A stretch of DNA of 64,000 nt from Chrysomallon squamiferum (lineage: Eukaryota > Animalia > Mollusca). The translations under genes and the position numbers were made by a program. Where the stretch lies: the NCBI GenBank assembly GCA_012295275.1, contig CM022667.1, positions 20,956,001 through 21,020,000 of the forward strand, given 5' to 3'. The notes beneath the pieces were generated by a model that saw nothing but the letters and a program-made list of their open reading frames with translations, was not told the origin of the DNA and did not search any database. Below are positions 27,601 through 40,203 of the stretch, one piece after another. Within the stretch, counting starts at the first letter, position 1; each line of letters begins with the position of its first letter.

Positions 27601-30026
27601 GTAAGAATTAGACATACCTGTATGATCAACAGACAAAACATAACTGTAAAAGATAGACATACGTGTATGATCAACAGACAAAACATAACTGTAAGAGATA
27701 GACATACCTGTATGATCAACAGACAAAACATAACTGTAAGAGATAGACATACCTGTATGATCAACAGACAAAACATAACTGTAAGAGATAGACATACCTG
27801 TATGATCAACAGACAAAACATAACTGTAAGAGATAGACATACCTGTATGATCAACAGACAAAACATAACTGTAAGAATTAGACATACCTGTATGATCAAC
27901 AGACAAAACATAACTGTAAGAGATAGACATACCTGTATGATCAACAGACAAAACATAACTGTAAGAGATAGACATACCTGTATGATCAACAGAAAACATA
28001 ACTGTAAGAGATAGACATACCTGTATGATCAACAGACAAAACATAACTGTAAGAATTAGACATACCTGTATGATCAACAGACAAAACATAACTGTAAAAG
28101 ATAGACATACGTGTATGATCAACAGACAAAACATAACTGTAAGAGATAGACATACCTGTATGATCAACAGACAAAACATAACTGTAAGAGATAGACATAC
28201 CTGTATTATCAACAGACAAAACATAACTGTAAGAGATAGACATACCTGTATGATCAACAGACAAAACATAACTGTAAGAGATAGACATACCTGTATGATC
28301 AACAGACAAAACATAACTGTAAGAATTAGACATACCTGTATGATCAATAGACAAAACATAACTGTAAGAGATAGACATACCTGTATGATCAACAGACAAA
28401 ACATAACTGTAAGAGATAGACATACCTGTATGATCAACAGACAAAACATAACTGTAAGAGATAGACATACCTGTATGATCAATAGACAAAACATAACTGA
28501 AGAGACATACATACCTGTATGATCAACAGACAAAACATAACTGTAAGAGATAGACATACCTATATGATCAACAGACAAAACATAACTGTTAGAGATAGAC
28601 ATACCTGTATGGTCAACATACCAAACATAACTGTAAGAGATAGACATACCTGTATGATCAACAGACCAAACATAACTGTAAAAGATAGATATACCTGTAT
28701 GATCAACAGTCAAAACCTAACTGTAAGACATAGACATACTTGTACGATCAACAGTCAAAACCTAACTGCAACAGATGCACACACTTGCATTATCAAGACA
28801 TAACTGTATGATCGACAGACAAAACATAACTGTAAGAGATAGACACACCTGTATTATCAACAGTCAAATCATATCTGTATGATCAACATTCAAAACCTAA
28901 TTGGGAGAGATAGACATAGACGTACCTGTATGATCAACAGTCAAATATAACTGTGAGAGATAGACATACATGTATGATCAACAGTCAAAATCTAATTGAA
29001 AGAGATGCACACACTTGCCTTATCAACTGTCAGGAGGCTGTATTAAACAGCAAAGTTTTAAAAGAACACATTTATGATACTTTATGATATACATGTATAC
29101 AATCATTGCAGGTCCGATTGAACAGGTTGAGTAAACCCATTGCAACAGCATTATTTAACTTCATATTCATTTCTGGACCAATTGCTGTTGGTGTTTTCTG
29201 CCTACAGAAATGGCGTGGTTGTGATCTGTCATTTTCTGTACCAAATCCTGTTTCATTTCTCCGAGATCTTATAATTGGTGCTGTGATCCATGAAGTGGGA
29301 TTTTACTATTCACACAGGTAAACTAGCATTATAATCTTTATTTATTATTTAGTTTTTAAAAAAATTTAAAATGTTCACAAGTTTTTCTTGTTCTATTAAA
29401 TCCAAAAGATTTCACCTAACAAGTAAGGAATATTATGAATATCAGCAGCAATTGTTCAGATAAAACATAATGAATTATGAAAGTCAGTTGAAATCAGGTT
29501 ATTAAACATGTAATTTATTAAACTTGTAAATTCATAACTGTTAAGGCAATATGAAGAAGAAAATTTGTAACAAGATTAATGGTTTATTATAAATAAATAA
29601 AGATACGTAATTTTGAAAATTCTTCAGATTGTTACACCATCCATTGCTGTATAAATGGATTCACAAAAAACATCACGAATGGACTGCACCAATTAGTTTG
29701 ATTTCAGTGTATGCTCATCCCATTGAATACGTATTTTCCAATGTTTTACCTTTGGTGGTTTCACCACTATTATGTGGGTCAAATTTAGTGACTACATGGA
29801 TATGGTACTTTACTGCAATGCTCACAACCTTAATTCACCATTCTGGATACCATTTGCCAGTATTAATTTCCCCAGAGTTTCATGATTTTCATCATTTGAA
29901 GTAAGTAAATGTATCTGGTAATTATTATAATAATTATTAATAATTATTTTTAGTTTTCTTCTTGTTACTACTAACTATTACATATACAAAATCGTAGAAG
30001 ATATTTGAAAAAAATAATTTAATACC

Positions 30027-30071
<45 letters not shown>

Positions 30072-30384
30072 GTACATGTACATGTACATGTACATGTATA
30101 TGTATATGTATACATATATACATATATGAAAGAAACACACACACACACACGCACATAATGTATAGGTGTTAAAAAATTTAGTTTCTACTTCAAGAATCAC
30201 ATGATGGATTTTGAAAAACTAATAGTTATAAATAAATAGTGTTATTTCTTTCAGATATAATGTGAACTATGGAACACTGGGTTTCTTGGACTGGTATCAT
30301 GGAACAGATGAAAAGTTCCAAAAAAGCAAGCAGTTTAAGAGGCACAAAATAATATTTTCCTTCAACAAAATGCTGTTAGACTAA
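24508..30384 (+). CDS. FAXDC2: Fatty acid hydroxylase domain-containing protein 2-like (sterol desaturase family), 6 exons
   Basis: Exons 24508-24521 (tentative), 25601-25696, 25973-26094, 29112-29317, 29628-29900, 30255-30384, all GT-AG. Peptides VDITGRPQWVTKYKTQPGVNQP, FYYSHRLLHHP, IHKKHHEWTAP, HHSGYHLP, PEFHDFHHLKYNVNYG, LDWYHGTD carry the di-iron His boxes. Exons 1 and 2 join out of frame; an alternative start is ATG 25633. Confidence 0.9.
26340..28990. repeat. 45-bp minisatellite array (>50 copies) in FAXDC2 intron 3
   Basis: Unit ATACCTGTATGATCAACAGACAAAACATAACTGTAAGAGATAGAC repeated head-to-tail. The core is homogeneous to ~28700 and both flanks are degenerate. Confidence 0.98.
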
Positions 30385-30703
30385 AAATAGAGTCAAAACT
30401 GTGGGTCTAAACTAACCAGAGTATAAACTTTTCCTCCCATATAAATGAACTTTACAAGTTGCCTGTCTGAGGTATTTTAAAATGTCATTGTAGGACAAAA
30501 GCATCATCTTTTAAATGAATCGTTTTCTTGTGTGTGGCTAGTTTAAATATTATTTATTTTGTGTAATATAGTTAATTCTTTTTGTAACGCCTTAATAACA
30601 ATCCTTTTCTTATCCTAATCAGGACATTTTTCTTATGTACTCACATTGATAAATGTCCCTGTTTGATAAGTAAATGGAAACTAGCTGAGGTTTACAATAC
30701 TGA

Positions 30704-30882
30704 ACTATTACATATACAAAATCTTAGAAGATACTTTAAAAAAAGTAATTTATTAACTATTTATGTATCTGTGCATGTGTGTGTGTGTGTGTGTATGTCT
30801 CAAAAAATGTATTGTCTATATACCAATTTAAATACTACATGATTGATTTTTTGAAAAATTAAAGTAATATTTATAAATAAAG
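30704..30882 (+). repeat. Diverged local duplicate of the last FAXDC2 intron (29974-30240)
   Basis: actattacatatacaaaatc[g/t]tagaagata ... (TG)n ... catgat[g/t]gattttgaaaaa ... ataaataaa occurs at both locations in the same order. Confidence 0.7.
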
Positions 30883-31417
30883 TACAGGAAAAAAAGAAAT
30901 TGTTTTCATTTCAACCATCTTTCTTGGATTTATCTTGTTGGTGATTATTACACAAGTTCTTAAAAAGTTTCGAATTTCTAACCTAAATGCTCCAGAGTTT
31001 TACAAGTTAGTCAGCCTCTCATATATTCACATTATGAAGAGAAATTCAACACATGCTTAAAATACTTTATTGGTACCAAAATTCACGTAGTTATCATATT
31101 AAAAAAGAAAAACATATTTAAAAACAGCAGACTATGAATAATTTTATAAACTGTATGTAAATAAAGGACAGTTTTAAGCAGTATATATGTAATTAAAATG
31201 CAGACCATTTTAAATAATACACCTGTGATAACAATTATACTATACATATATGTTTTTGTTAAATAACAAAAGGCAACATATTCCACACCACTTTAACAAA
31301 ACAAAACAAAAAATGTGGTGTCATACATACAAACATTATAAACTTTCTAAAATTATTTCTATTGCCGTTAAAGACTACAAAAATCCTGTCATATAAAAAT
31401 CAAGAAAATGTGCATAT

Positions 31418-31802
31418 TTAAGTTTCAGGAACTGAAATTCCATTTCTTCTGTAAAACTCAGATTGCACTAATGCAATTCGTACATGTGATCTATCTTGTT
31501 TTTCAAGGTTTTTATCCAAACGGTGACCATATATGGAAGAAGACAAAGTTGGGACCTTCTTCTGTTTTTCCTGGAATGGAAAAGAAACTTTTTAATTTCA
31601 TAAGTTAAAAAAATTGTTATCCCATCTAATCAGACTGAAGGGAGTAAAATAAATTTAGTAAAAATGTGTAATTTGAACAAACAGTGTCACATTGGATTTA
31701 GATCATATTAAATATTTATTAATTTATCAATAAATTATATTTGTATAATTATGATACGAGACAATGCCACCTACTGACACTATGCTTGTCTCCTTATCAG
31801 TA

Positions 31803-31838
<36 letters not shown>

Positions 31839-33894
31839 AACATACTTATCAATATATAATCAACATTTGTGGTAGAAGCAATAACTGAAATGGGCAAATA
31901 CAACAGGGTTATAGCTGCTGCTTTAAAAAGACCAGATTACATGCAGTGTGATACTCACCTCATCATTTACAGACAACCCCATCAGTTTGGCATGTTCTCT
32001 ATCACATCTGTGTAATTTATTGTTGTAGCCTTCTTTTGGTGGAAAAAGTCTGTCATATATTGATTTAGAGTAACGAACCTGAAAATTAAAAGTTAAAAAG
32101 TATGTGAATAAATAGATGTTAAAATTACCTGCTATATAAGAATGAAAAGGTATAAAAAAATAATAATAATAATAAATATTTAAAAAAGATAATAATAAAA
32201 TAAAAAAAAATAAAAAATAAATAAATAAATTGAAAAAAAAAATAAACAGCAAAGTTCAAAGAAATCAAATAAATCTATTAACAACAACTTAAAAGAATGA
32301 TGTTTATTTTAAAATTATTACTGCTTACAATTAATTCAAGTTAATTTGCATAATTAATTGAAACAATGTGTCTTAATACTTTATTGTGTATTTGTTTATA
32401 GTGCACACATACACACAAAAACATATATATATATATAGCTTTGTGGCATTTAAATTAATTGTTATTTGATTTTAATGATTACCAGGGATTTTAAATGTAA
32501 GAAATATGTGGAAAGCCATCACAAAACTTTGTTATTTTTAATATTTTATTTTATTATTAATATTATTAACCAATGGTTAAGTTTTATTTAAAAGTTAGCT
32601 AAGAATTTGGCCAAGTGTATTTTTAAATCAACTAGGCATGACACCAAATATTTTTAAGGTGGTACAGTATTTATTATCTGGTATAACTGTATATATAGGT
32701 ATTTGTACACTGCCAATTGCCCATTCACTGAACATGTAATCATGAGACATATACTCACACTATCACAGTGAAAAGCCGTTAAAGCATTATTATGCAATTC
32801 AAAATAAAAATAAAGTTATTTTATTTTTTATTCCTTTCATAATTTTAAAACATTAAGACATCCATATCAAAATATACCATAATGTTACATAAGAAATATC
32901 CCTACCCCAGGGGCTAATGCTATCATTCAGCCAATCAGGCAGCCATTTAGATCTCAGAGGGATGCATCACTGACCTTTAAGGGCCATAGTTTAATAAAAT
33001 TATTTGTTTTAAGAAAAACATAATCAAAGAAAAATATACCAGTAATAGTTCATTTTTGTAATTGTTTATAGACAGTCCATTTCCATTGTTAGTTCAGTTT
33101 TGACCAAAACAACCTCATATAAAAATTAAAGTTGACAATTTAAAAGAATATTGGTGGGGGGACACAAATTGTTAGCCCTGCCTATCCCTTTCCTCTCAGT
33201 TTGTACTGCAAAACAGCATGTGATTTCATACTGATATCAGTCACTTCAAAAAACTTTGTATCACACAATCAGTCTTGAAAAAGTAAATTACAAGAATACA
33301 GGCAACACATTTCTTTTCTTTATTACATCTGTTTATAAGCACCTTCTCAGATGGTGAGTAAAAAGAAGTCTGTAACTCAGAAAACCTGGTCAAACCCTGG
33401 AACATTTCTGGGTTTTGAGTCTGGTGCATGTAGTAATTATAATCAATTTAATACCAATGTCAGTATTATAAAAAGGCTTTATATGGAGTGATTTCAGCTA
33501 AGTCATAATAACTAAAATGGAAATCTGACATCAGGTCATGGATCAGTTTCAACTGTTAAGATTTAAAATAACAAGTGTCATAATGTAAACCAAACACAAG
33601 AATCACACTGAATAAAATAATAATAATAATAAAAAAATGAATTCTAAGTTGTAATTTAGGAAATTAATTTACTATGCATAAATTTAATATTTTTATTATT
33701 ATTATATAGTTCATATTATTTAAATTATAATTAATCTGGAATTTGTGTGCTATTAGAAAACGTAATAATAATAATATATATATATATATATATATATAAA
33801 AGACTGAAAGAGAAAAGCCAACAAACAAATAGAACGTGCATTTGTAAATTACTTATATCTAATTTTGTTACACTAATTTTTCTTTAAAGTTTAC

Positions 33895-33943
<49 letters not shown>

Positions 33944-34356
33944 TTAAGGCCCTTCTGGATTGTGGAGCTCTAGGATACAATTTGTTTAATTGTAAACAAA
34001 ACAAATTTTCTACCTTCCAAAAAGAGCATTAAAAATACCAATTTTAAAGCGCAAAAGAAATTTCTTTATAACCTTTAAATAGTTTTTAGAAACTTTATTA
34101 ATATTTTTAAATATAAATTTCATAAACGCCTAAGCATACTAATTAAAATCAGTATCCAAGGTAAACAAAAGCCCCTCCCGTTTTTCTCGGTTTTTTTCAC
34201 TTAACTCACCTTTCCTACAGAGTTAAACACAGTCCTTTCTGGTGGATCATGACGTTCTGTGGGAACAAATGAAAAAGCTGAAAGTTCGCACACTCGACCT
34301 TTCAAAGTAAAGTCTGCTGTACCTGTTTTAACCGTTATTTTTTCTTGTACAGCCAT
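31418..34356 (-). CDS. CFAP90: Cilia- and flagella-associated protein 90 (C5orf49 homolog), 3 exons, 139 aa
   Basis: Exons 34210-34356, 31959-32078, 31418-31570 with phase-0 GT-AG joins. Peptides LSAFSFVPTERHDPPE, YNNKLHRCDREHAKLMGLSVNDEE, VPTLSSSIYGHR and EFYRRNGI match the recalled C5orf49 motifs (KLHRDDREHAK, SSVYGKR, FYRKN). Confidence 0.92.
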
Positions 34357-34922
34357 TTTGTTGACAGCGAAACCGGACTGCTTTACGGTAGTGAAAAACG
34401 GTTCTCGTGTTTAACGTGAATTGTTGAGATCTTGTTTTGTTCCGTTTCCGGTTTAATTTCTAATGCCCGTGTAACGCTGAAGTGCAGCATAAGAACGTTT
34501 ATAACCGTTACGTCATAGTTATTGGTTGATTAACGGAACAAGCTGTCATTAGAGATAACTCTATAACCAAGTATTTGCTATTGTTTTTCCTTTTCAGTTC
34601 CAGCATTAATGTAACAACCAATAATCGTATCTACCACGAATAAAATAAATAAATAAATAAAACAAAAATAAAAAGTGGAACATCATAGATTTATTTTCTT
34701 CTTCTTCTTCTTCTTATTAATAGTTTATTATTCCATTTTTGTCAAATTTTGTTTGAAAATTTATTACGTTGATTTCAGTAACTAGAATAAATTTTTATAA
34801 TTAATTTTTGTTAGTTATTTTATAAATAATAAAATCTTCAAAATGTGCTTTTCTTCTTCTTTTTTTTAACGAGGAAAAAAAAATGAAAGAAATCAGATTG
34901 TTGCACCTAGTACATCTTAGAA

Positions 34923-34924
<2 letters not shown>

Positions 34925-34994
<70 letters not shown>
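34925..34994. repeat. (TA)n microsatellite
   Basis: Direct reading. Confidence 0.95.
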
Positions 34995-34998
<4 letters not shown>

Positions 34999-36809
34999 TA
35001 ATATTTAAAGAAATAATTTGATTATTTTTGACATGATGGATCTTATTAAAGGCAAAAAACAGCTGAAATTATTTTTATTATAAAAATCACAAGGTTCCTT
35101 TGATTACCATTCACATAATTGTCCATCAGAGATCAGCAGCCAGAAAAACTGAATGTGGAAAGAAAAACACTGTTGGTTAAGAGAAAGTGAAATACTGGAC
35201 AAAATAGGTGTTCAGCATCATGATGCAGTCAATAATTTTCATGTCCAAGAATTTACTTTCAGTGAAATTAAACGTGCCACAAGACAGTGTATCTTGCATT
35301 TCCACAAACTGTGCTAGAAAGACTCAAACATTTAAAAAAAATAAATAAATAAAAAAAATACAAATAAAAAAGTAAGATAATTTGTAATTTATTATCATTA
35401 TTTTTTTAAATTGATCTCTGCAAGAACAAGGGACAAACATTTGTTGCAAAAGTTCTTTTAAAATTTTTCCTGCAAATTATGTAGTGTTTGTATCATATAT
35501 ATATATATTCTCTTTACAGTTATGTAGGTTTCACTACACATTTTGTGACCCATATCAAGATACTGTTCTTATCACTTAAATCTCCAGTCATTAGTTCAAA
35601 TAATAGTAATATTAACCTAGATTTAACTTTATTCTGCATTTAAAAAAAAAAAAAATAATAATAATAATAATAAAAAAATAATAAAAATAAAAAAATAAAA
35701 AGAAATGTACTATTCAGTGCATTTAATAGTTTATTAATTAGACCATCAAATATTAGCACGATTTCTAAAGATTTGTCCAGATTACAAATATCAATTTGTG
35801 ATGATTAATAATCAATAATTAATGTCTGGCTTCTCATCATGTTGCTGAACAAGGTTAGGAATTACATTAATTCAAACAGGTACGAATAATCATTTTGACT
35901 GAACTGCTGCATCCTAAAAACAAACAAATAAATAAGCGCTGTATTTAAAGTCACAAAAATTACTTTCAAAATACACCTCAGATGCTCTATAAAACGTATA
36001 TCCTGAGGATACTATATGGCTTTTGGACAAACAGAAGATTTCAAATCACTATCATACAATATAATAATTTGTATATAAATATATTCATTGCCAGTGACCC
36101 TAATATATACATACACTGATTAAAGAAAAACACTCATGTATACAGACGGGTACAGAAATATACCTGATACAGACACAGAGAAACCCATTTTTAAATATAT
36201 TAAAACATTTATAGGTATACGACTCAGAGGGCTAGGGGGCAACTGCAGGGCACGTCCAAAGGATTGCTGGCGCCTAGGCAAACTCAGCTGTAACGCATCT
36301 TCTGACTGAAAAAATTTCCTTTGTCAATTGTTTTTTGTAGTTTGATCACCGTAACAGAAATAACTGATAACCAGATTCTCGAAAATTTAACTCGTCAAGG
36401 AATTTTCACATTTTAGTTTTATATTTCATCATCTTATTTATTGTTTTTCCTTTTTGTTTGGAAAATACCAAACTCACGAGAAGGCGCCCACTAGCACATG
36501 GTGCCAGGGACTTTTATCAGAGTTGTCGATACTTTCAGACGGCCTGGACAAACAAAACGTAGTACAAAAATCTGTAATTTTGTAGACATAAATATTCAGT
36601 CTGTCTACTGCCCTGGCTTGTTCATATTTATTTATTTATTTATTGGTCCGAAAATGGCAACGTTCTAGCATTTCTAACATGAAAAAAGACCTTCTTTGTT
36701 AATGTATTTGTGAGTGTATGTGTGTCTATATATATATATAAATAAAAAAATAAAAAAACTTTCTAAACACTTACCTCTGTCAATAGAAATACAAGGCTCA
36801 GTTCTAGCT

Positions 36810-36933
36810 TTAGGGTTAGCGTTAGAATCATTTTAGGGTTGCGGGTATGGTCAGGGTTTGGGTTAGTTAGGATTAGGCTTATTTACGGTTAGGGTTAGGC
36901 TCAGAGTTAGGATTAGCGGTAGGGTTAGGGTTA
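36810..36933 (+). repeat. Degenerate (TTAGGG)n telomere-like tract
   Basis: ttagggttagcgttag...ttagggttgcggg...ggttagggttagg...agggttagggtta. Confidence 0.8.
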
Positions 36934-37605
36934 AAAACAAACAAAAAAATAAAATAATAATATTCTTTATTTCTGTCGAAACAAATAATTTAGTCTTATC
37001 GCTTCGATATCGTATGTTTCTTTTACTTGTTATGCAACGAAGTGCTTTTAAACAATTTACTTTTGAATTAATGTCGTCTGCGTTCCGGCAATGACGAATG
37101 TTCTACGCAAAACGTCCTCCAAAATGTCCACAATACTCGTTGGCACCTAGTTTATATCATCATCACCATACTTAATAAATAAAATAAATAAATAAATTAG
37201 TGTCCATGTTGGAGACGTAAGAATTTCCTATTTTTAAAACATATTCTCCATTATCAAAAACTTGATATGAAAAGGTAATTTCTTTCTTATTTATTTTTAT
37301 TTACAAGTATTAACTTATTTGATTTCATACATTTACCTCTACTGAATCCTTCGTCGTTTTATCATGAGCTAAAATATAAAAAGAGTTAATTTTAAACATT
37401 CTATTTTTCAACCATTGCATTCAGGCATGACAAATGTTCTACGTTAAATGCCCCTCTAAATCTTGGACACCTAGCTTACATCATCTTTCATAAATAAATA
37501 AATACCATTTTAGAGACGTAAGAATTTACTATTTTAAAAACATGTTCTCCCATTACGAAACCAATATGAAAAGGTATTTTGTTTTACATTTAATTTATTT
37601 AGCAG

Positions 37606-37636
<31 letters not shown>

Positions 37637-39072
37637 TCTGTTGATTTATTTATTTATTTATTTTTTTATTATTAATGTTATATTATGACTAAACCAAAAT
37701 CAAAACATATAGTTTACTTAGGTAAGACTTTTTTTATTTATTTTTTTATTTTTTATTTATTTTTTATTTTTTTGAAAGTTCCAAATATTTTTCTACTTTC
37801 AGTATTTTTATATATATTTATATATTGAATCTTTCGTCGTTTTACCAGCCATTGTTAATGTTTAAATTCTGTGGAGGTTTACAGTCTGTCTGTCTGTCTG
37901 TATATTTGTTTGTTGTTGTTGTGGGATGGACAAAGTTATCTCCCTTCACCCGTTCGCAGTTTAAATCCGAGAGCCATAGGCTAATACTGAAACTGATGGA
38001 ACTAATTATGAATGTCAGTGCTCTGATTAAAGTTAAGAAATCTTTTTAAAATAGTCTCATGGTGGTACTGGTACTAGTAATGGTAAATTGTTCTTAAAAC
38101 AATCACATAAATTCCTAATTTTAATATTTAAAAGGGAGAATGATCAGAGAACGCAGTATATAACAAACGTTATTAATAGCTGACATATGAATAGAAATCG
38201 GTAATCATGCAGTTTAAATGTACGCCTTGTCGACATTGACTGGTTTGACCATAGACATGCAGTGTTTCGCAGCAACAGAGTTATAAATCATTATTATTAT
38301 ATTTAGTGAAACCTCTGTAGAACCTAAACTGCAAGGTTACCTGTAAATGTATTACACATAATTATACTGAATTTTGACGTGTTATAAAATGCATAAGTAA
38401 ATACATAAATTACACGGAAAATCTTAATTGATTCCATAATATTCTTTCATTTTCCTCTTTCGAGAGAAAAGAGATTTTTTAAAGAAATTTAAAGCAAGAA
38501 ATGGTTGTCATAGATATGACGTCACATAATTAATTTATTTTTAATTCTTATTTGGACATTACATTCGGTTCCAATCGGGAGCAGTCGGCAAAAAGACGTA
38601 AAAGAGAAACATTTCATCTATTATAACGTAGTAGTTACATAGCGCGTTTTCAGAAATGTGAATAAAACATCAGGCTTAAAAATTACTGTAAAATACTCCG
38701 TGGTATTTCTTTTTTATTTATTTATCTTTATTATTGTAGTCATTATTTTATTTTATTTTTAAAGCATTTTTATAATTTCTTAAATGTAGATTGTGAATAA
38801 CAGCAGCGTATCTGAACGAAATAATTGTAACATTTCATTGCTGACATCACAAGGCTGCTTTTACTGAATTAATACGGCTGTTTTATTATTTTTATTATTA
38901 TAATTATTATTTTTTTTTTTTTATTTTTACAACAATAACAAACAAACAAACAAACAAACAGACAGACATCATATGAGAATTTTAAAATTTACAAAGCCAC
39001 TGTATATTTAGAATAAACCCTCTTAATATGTTAACTCACTGGTAAAACGACGAAAGATTCAATATATAATTA

Positions 39073-39520
39073 CAGTGGTACATCGACTTATGAGTGCCCA
39101 ACTTACGAGCAGTCGCTTGGTCGATTTTTGCTTCGAGTTGCAAGCCAAAATCCGAGTTATGAGCGAGATTCGGATACGCCGCCGCTAGTTGGCGTAACGA
39201 ACAACACAACATCCGGCCAGCATCCCGCGTCTCACTTGTTTACTTCACGTGGTAACCTCGCCGCGGAACCATCTCAGATGTGTTCGCGTTTTGTGCAGTA
39301 TTTTGCCAAATTTCTTTTTATTGACCATGGTTCGTAAGAAAGTGAGTGCAAAAGGACAGTGCTGAGAAGAAGGGGATGATGTCCATTGAATTAAAGCATC
39401 AAATCATAGAAAAACATGGAACGGATTAATGATATTTCAATTAATTTCAGTTGGGAAAACTGATTTTATATATGAGCTCGGTCACGAAACGAATTAAATT
39501 CGTAAGTCACGGTACCACTG
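39073..39520 (+). mobile_element. Tigger/pogo non-autonomous DNA transposon
   Basis: TA-flanked, with TIRs CAGTGGTACATCGACTTATGA / TCGTAAGTCACGGTACCACTG and a transposase N-terminus remnant (MVRKKVSAK...MSIELKHQIIEKH). Confidence 0.9.
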
Positions 39521-40126
39521 TATATATAAAATAACTACAAGTCGAAAAAGTTTATAAATAAATAAATAAATAATTAAATAATTTTTTTTTAAACTTAAAA
39601 GGAACAAAAAAAAAACAACAAAAAAAAAAAAAAAAATACGTAAGTAGACGACAAATTTTGATTTCTCCGAAACATATTTTTAGATCAAATCTGATAATGA
39701 ATTTTGGTATTACCATAAAAAATAAATTAAAATAAAATAAAAAATCAACCCATTAATAATAAAAATATATATAAATAAATGAACAGTGAAATAGATGAAT
39801 GAATAATTAAACAAACAAAATAGCTAAATAAATTAAATGTAAAACAAATTACGTTTTCATAATGCGAGAATGTGTTATAAAAATAGGAAATTCTTACGTC
39901 TCTAACATTTTTATTTATTTATTTATTTATTTATTAAGTAGTATTATTATGATGATGATGGTGATGAAGATGATGTAAGCGGTAAAAGACCTGGAGGACT
40001 TTTTACGTAGAACATTCATCATGGCCGAACGCAGATGACATTAATTGGAAAAGCACTTCGTTGTATATGACAAGTAGAAGAAACATACGATATCGAAGTG
40101 ATCAGACTATATTATTTTTTTTTTTT

Positions 40127-40203
40127 TAACCTTATACACTGACCCTAACTAACCTTAACTCCAAACCCTAACCATAACCGCAACCCAATAAACTGACCCT
40201 AAC
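40127..40203 (-). repeat. Degenerate (CCCTAA)n tract, mirror copy in the right arm
   Basis: gaccctaactaaccttaactccaaaccctaaccataaccgcaaccc...ccctaac. Confidence 0.75.

Noticed and set aside
26340-28990. CRISPR array or repeat-protein genes (100-391 aa ORFs)
   Set aside because: Units are contiguous with no unique spacers and lie in a spliceosomal intron. The ORFs arise because 45 is a multiple of 3, and 2-bp deletions break them.
30385-31417. Overlapping 3' UTRs of FAXDC2 and CFAP90
   Set aside because: Candidate poly(A) signals (plus ~30875, minus ~31066-31071) allow both transcripts to end without overlap.
34360-34520. RFX X-box in the CFAP90 promoter
   Set aside because: The best candidate (gttctcgtgtttaac) is too far from the consensus to call.
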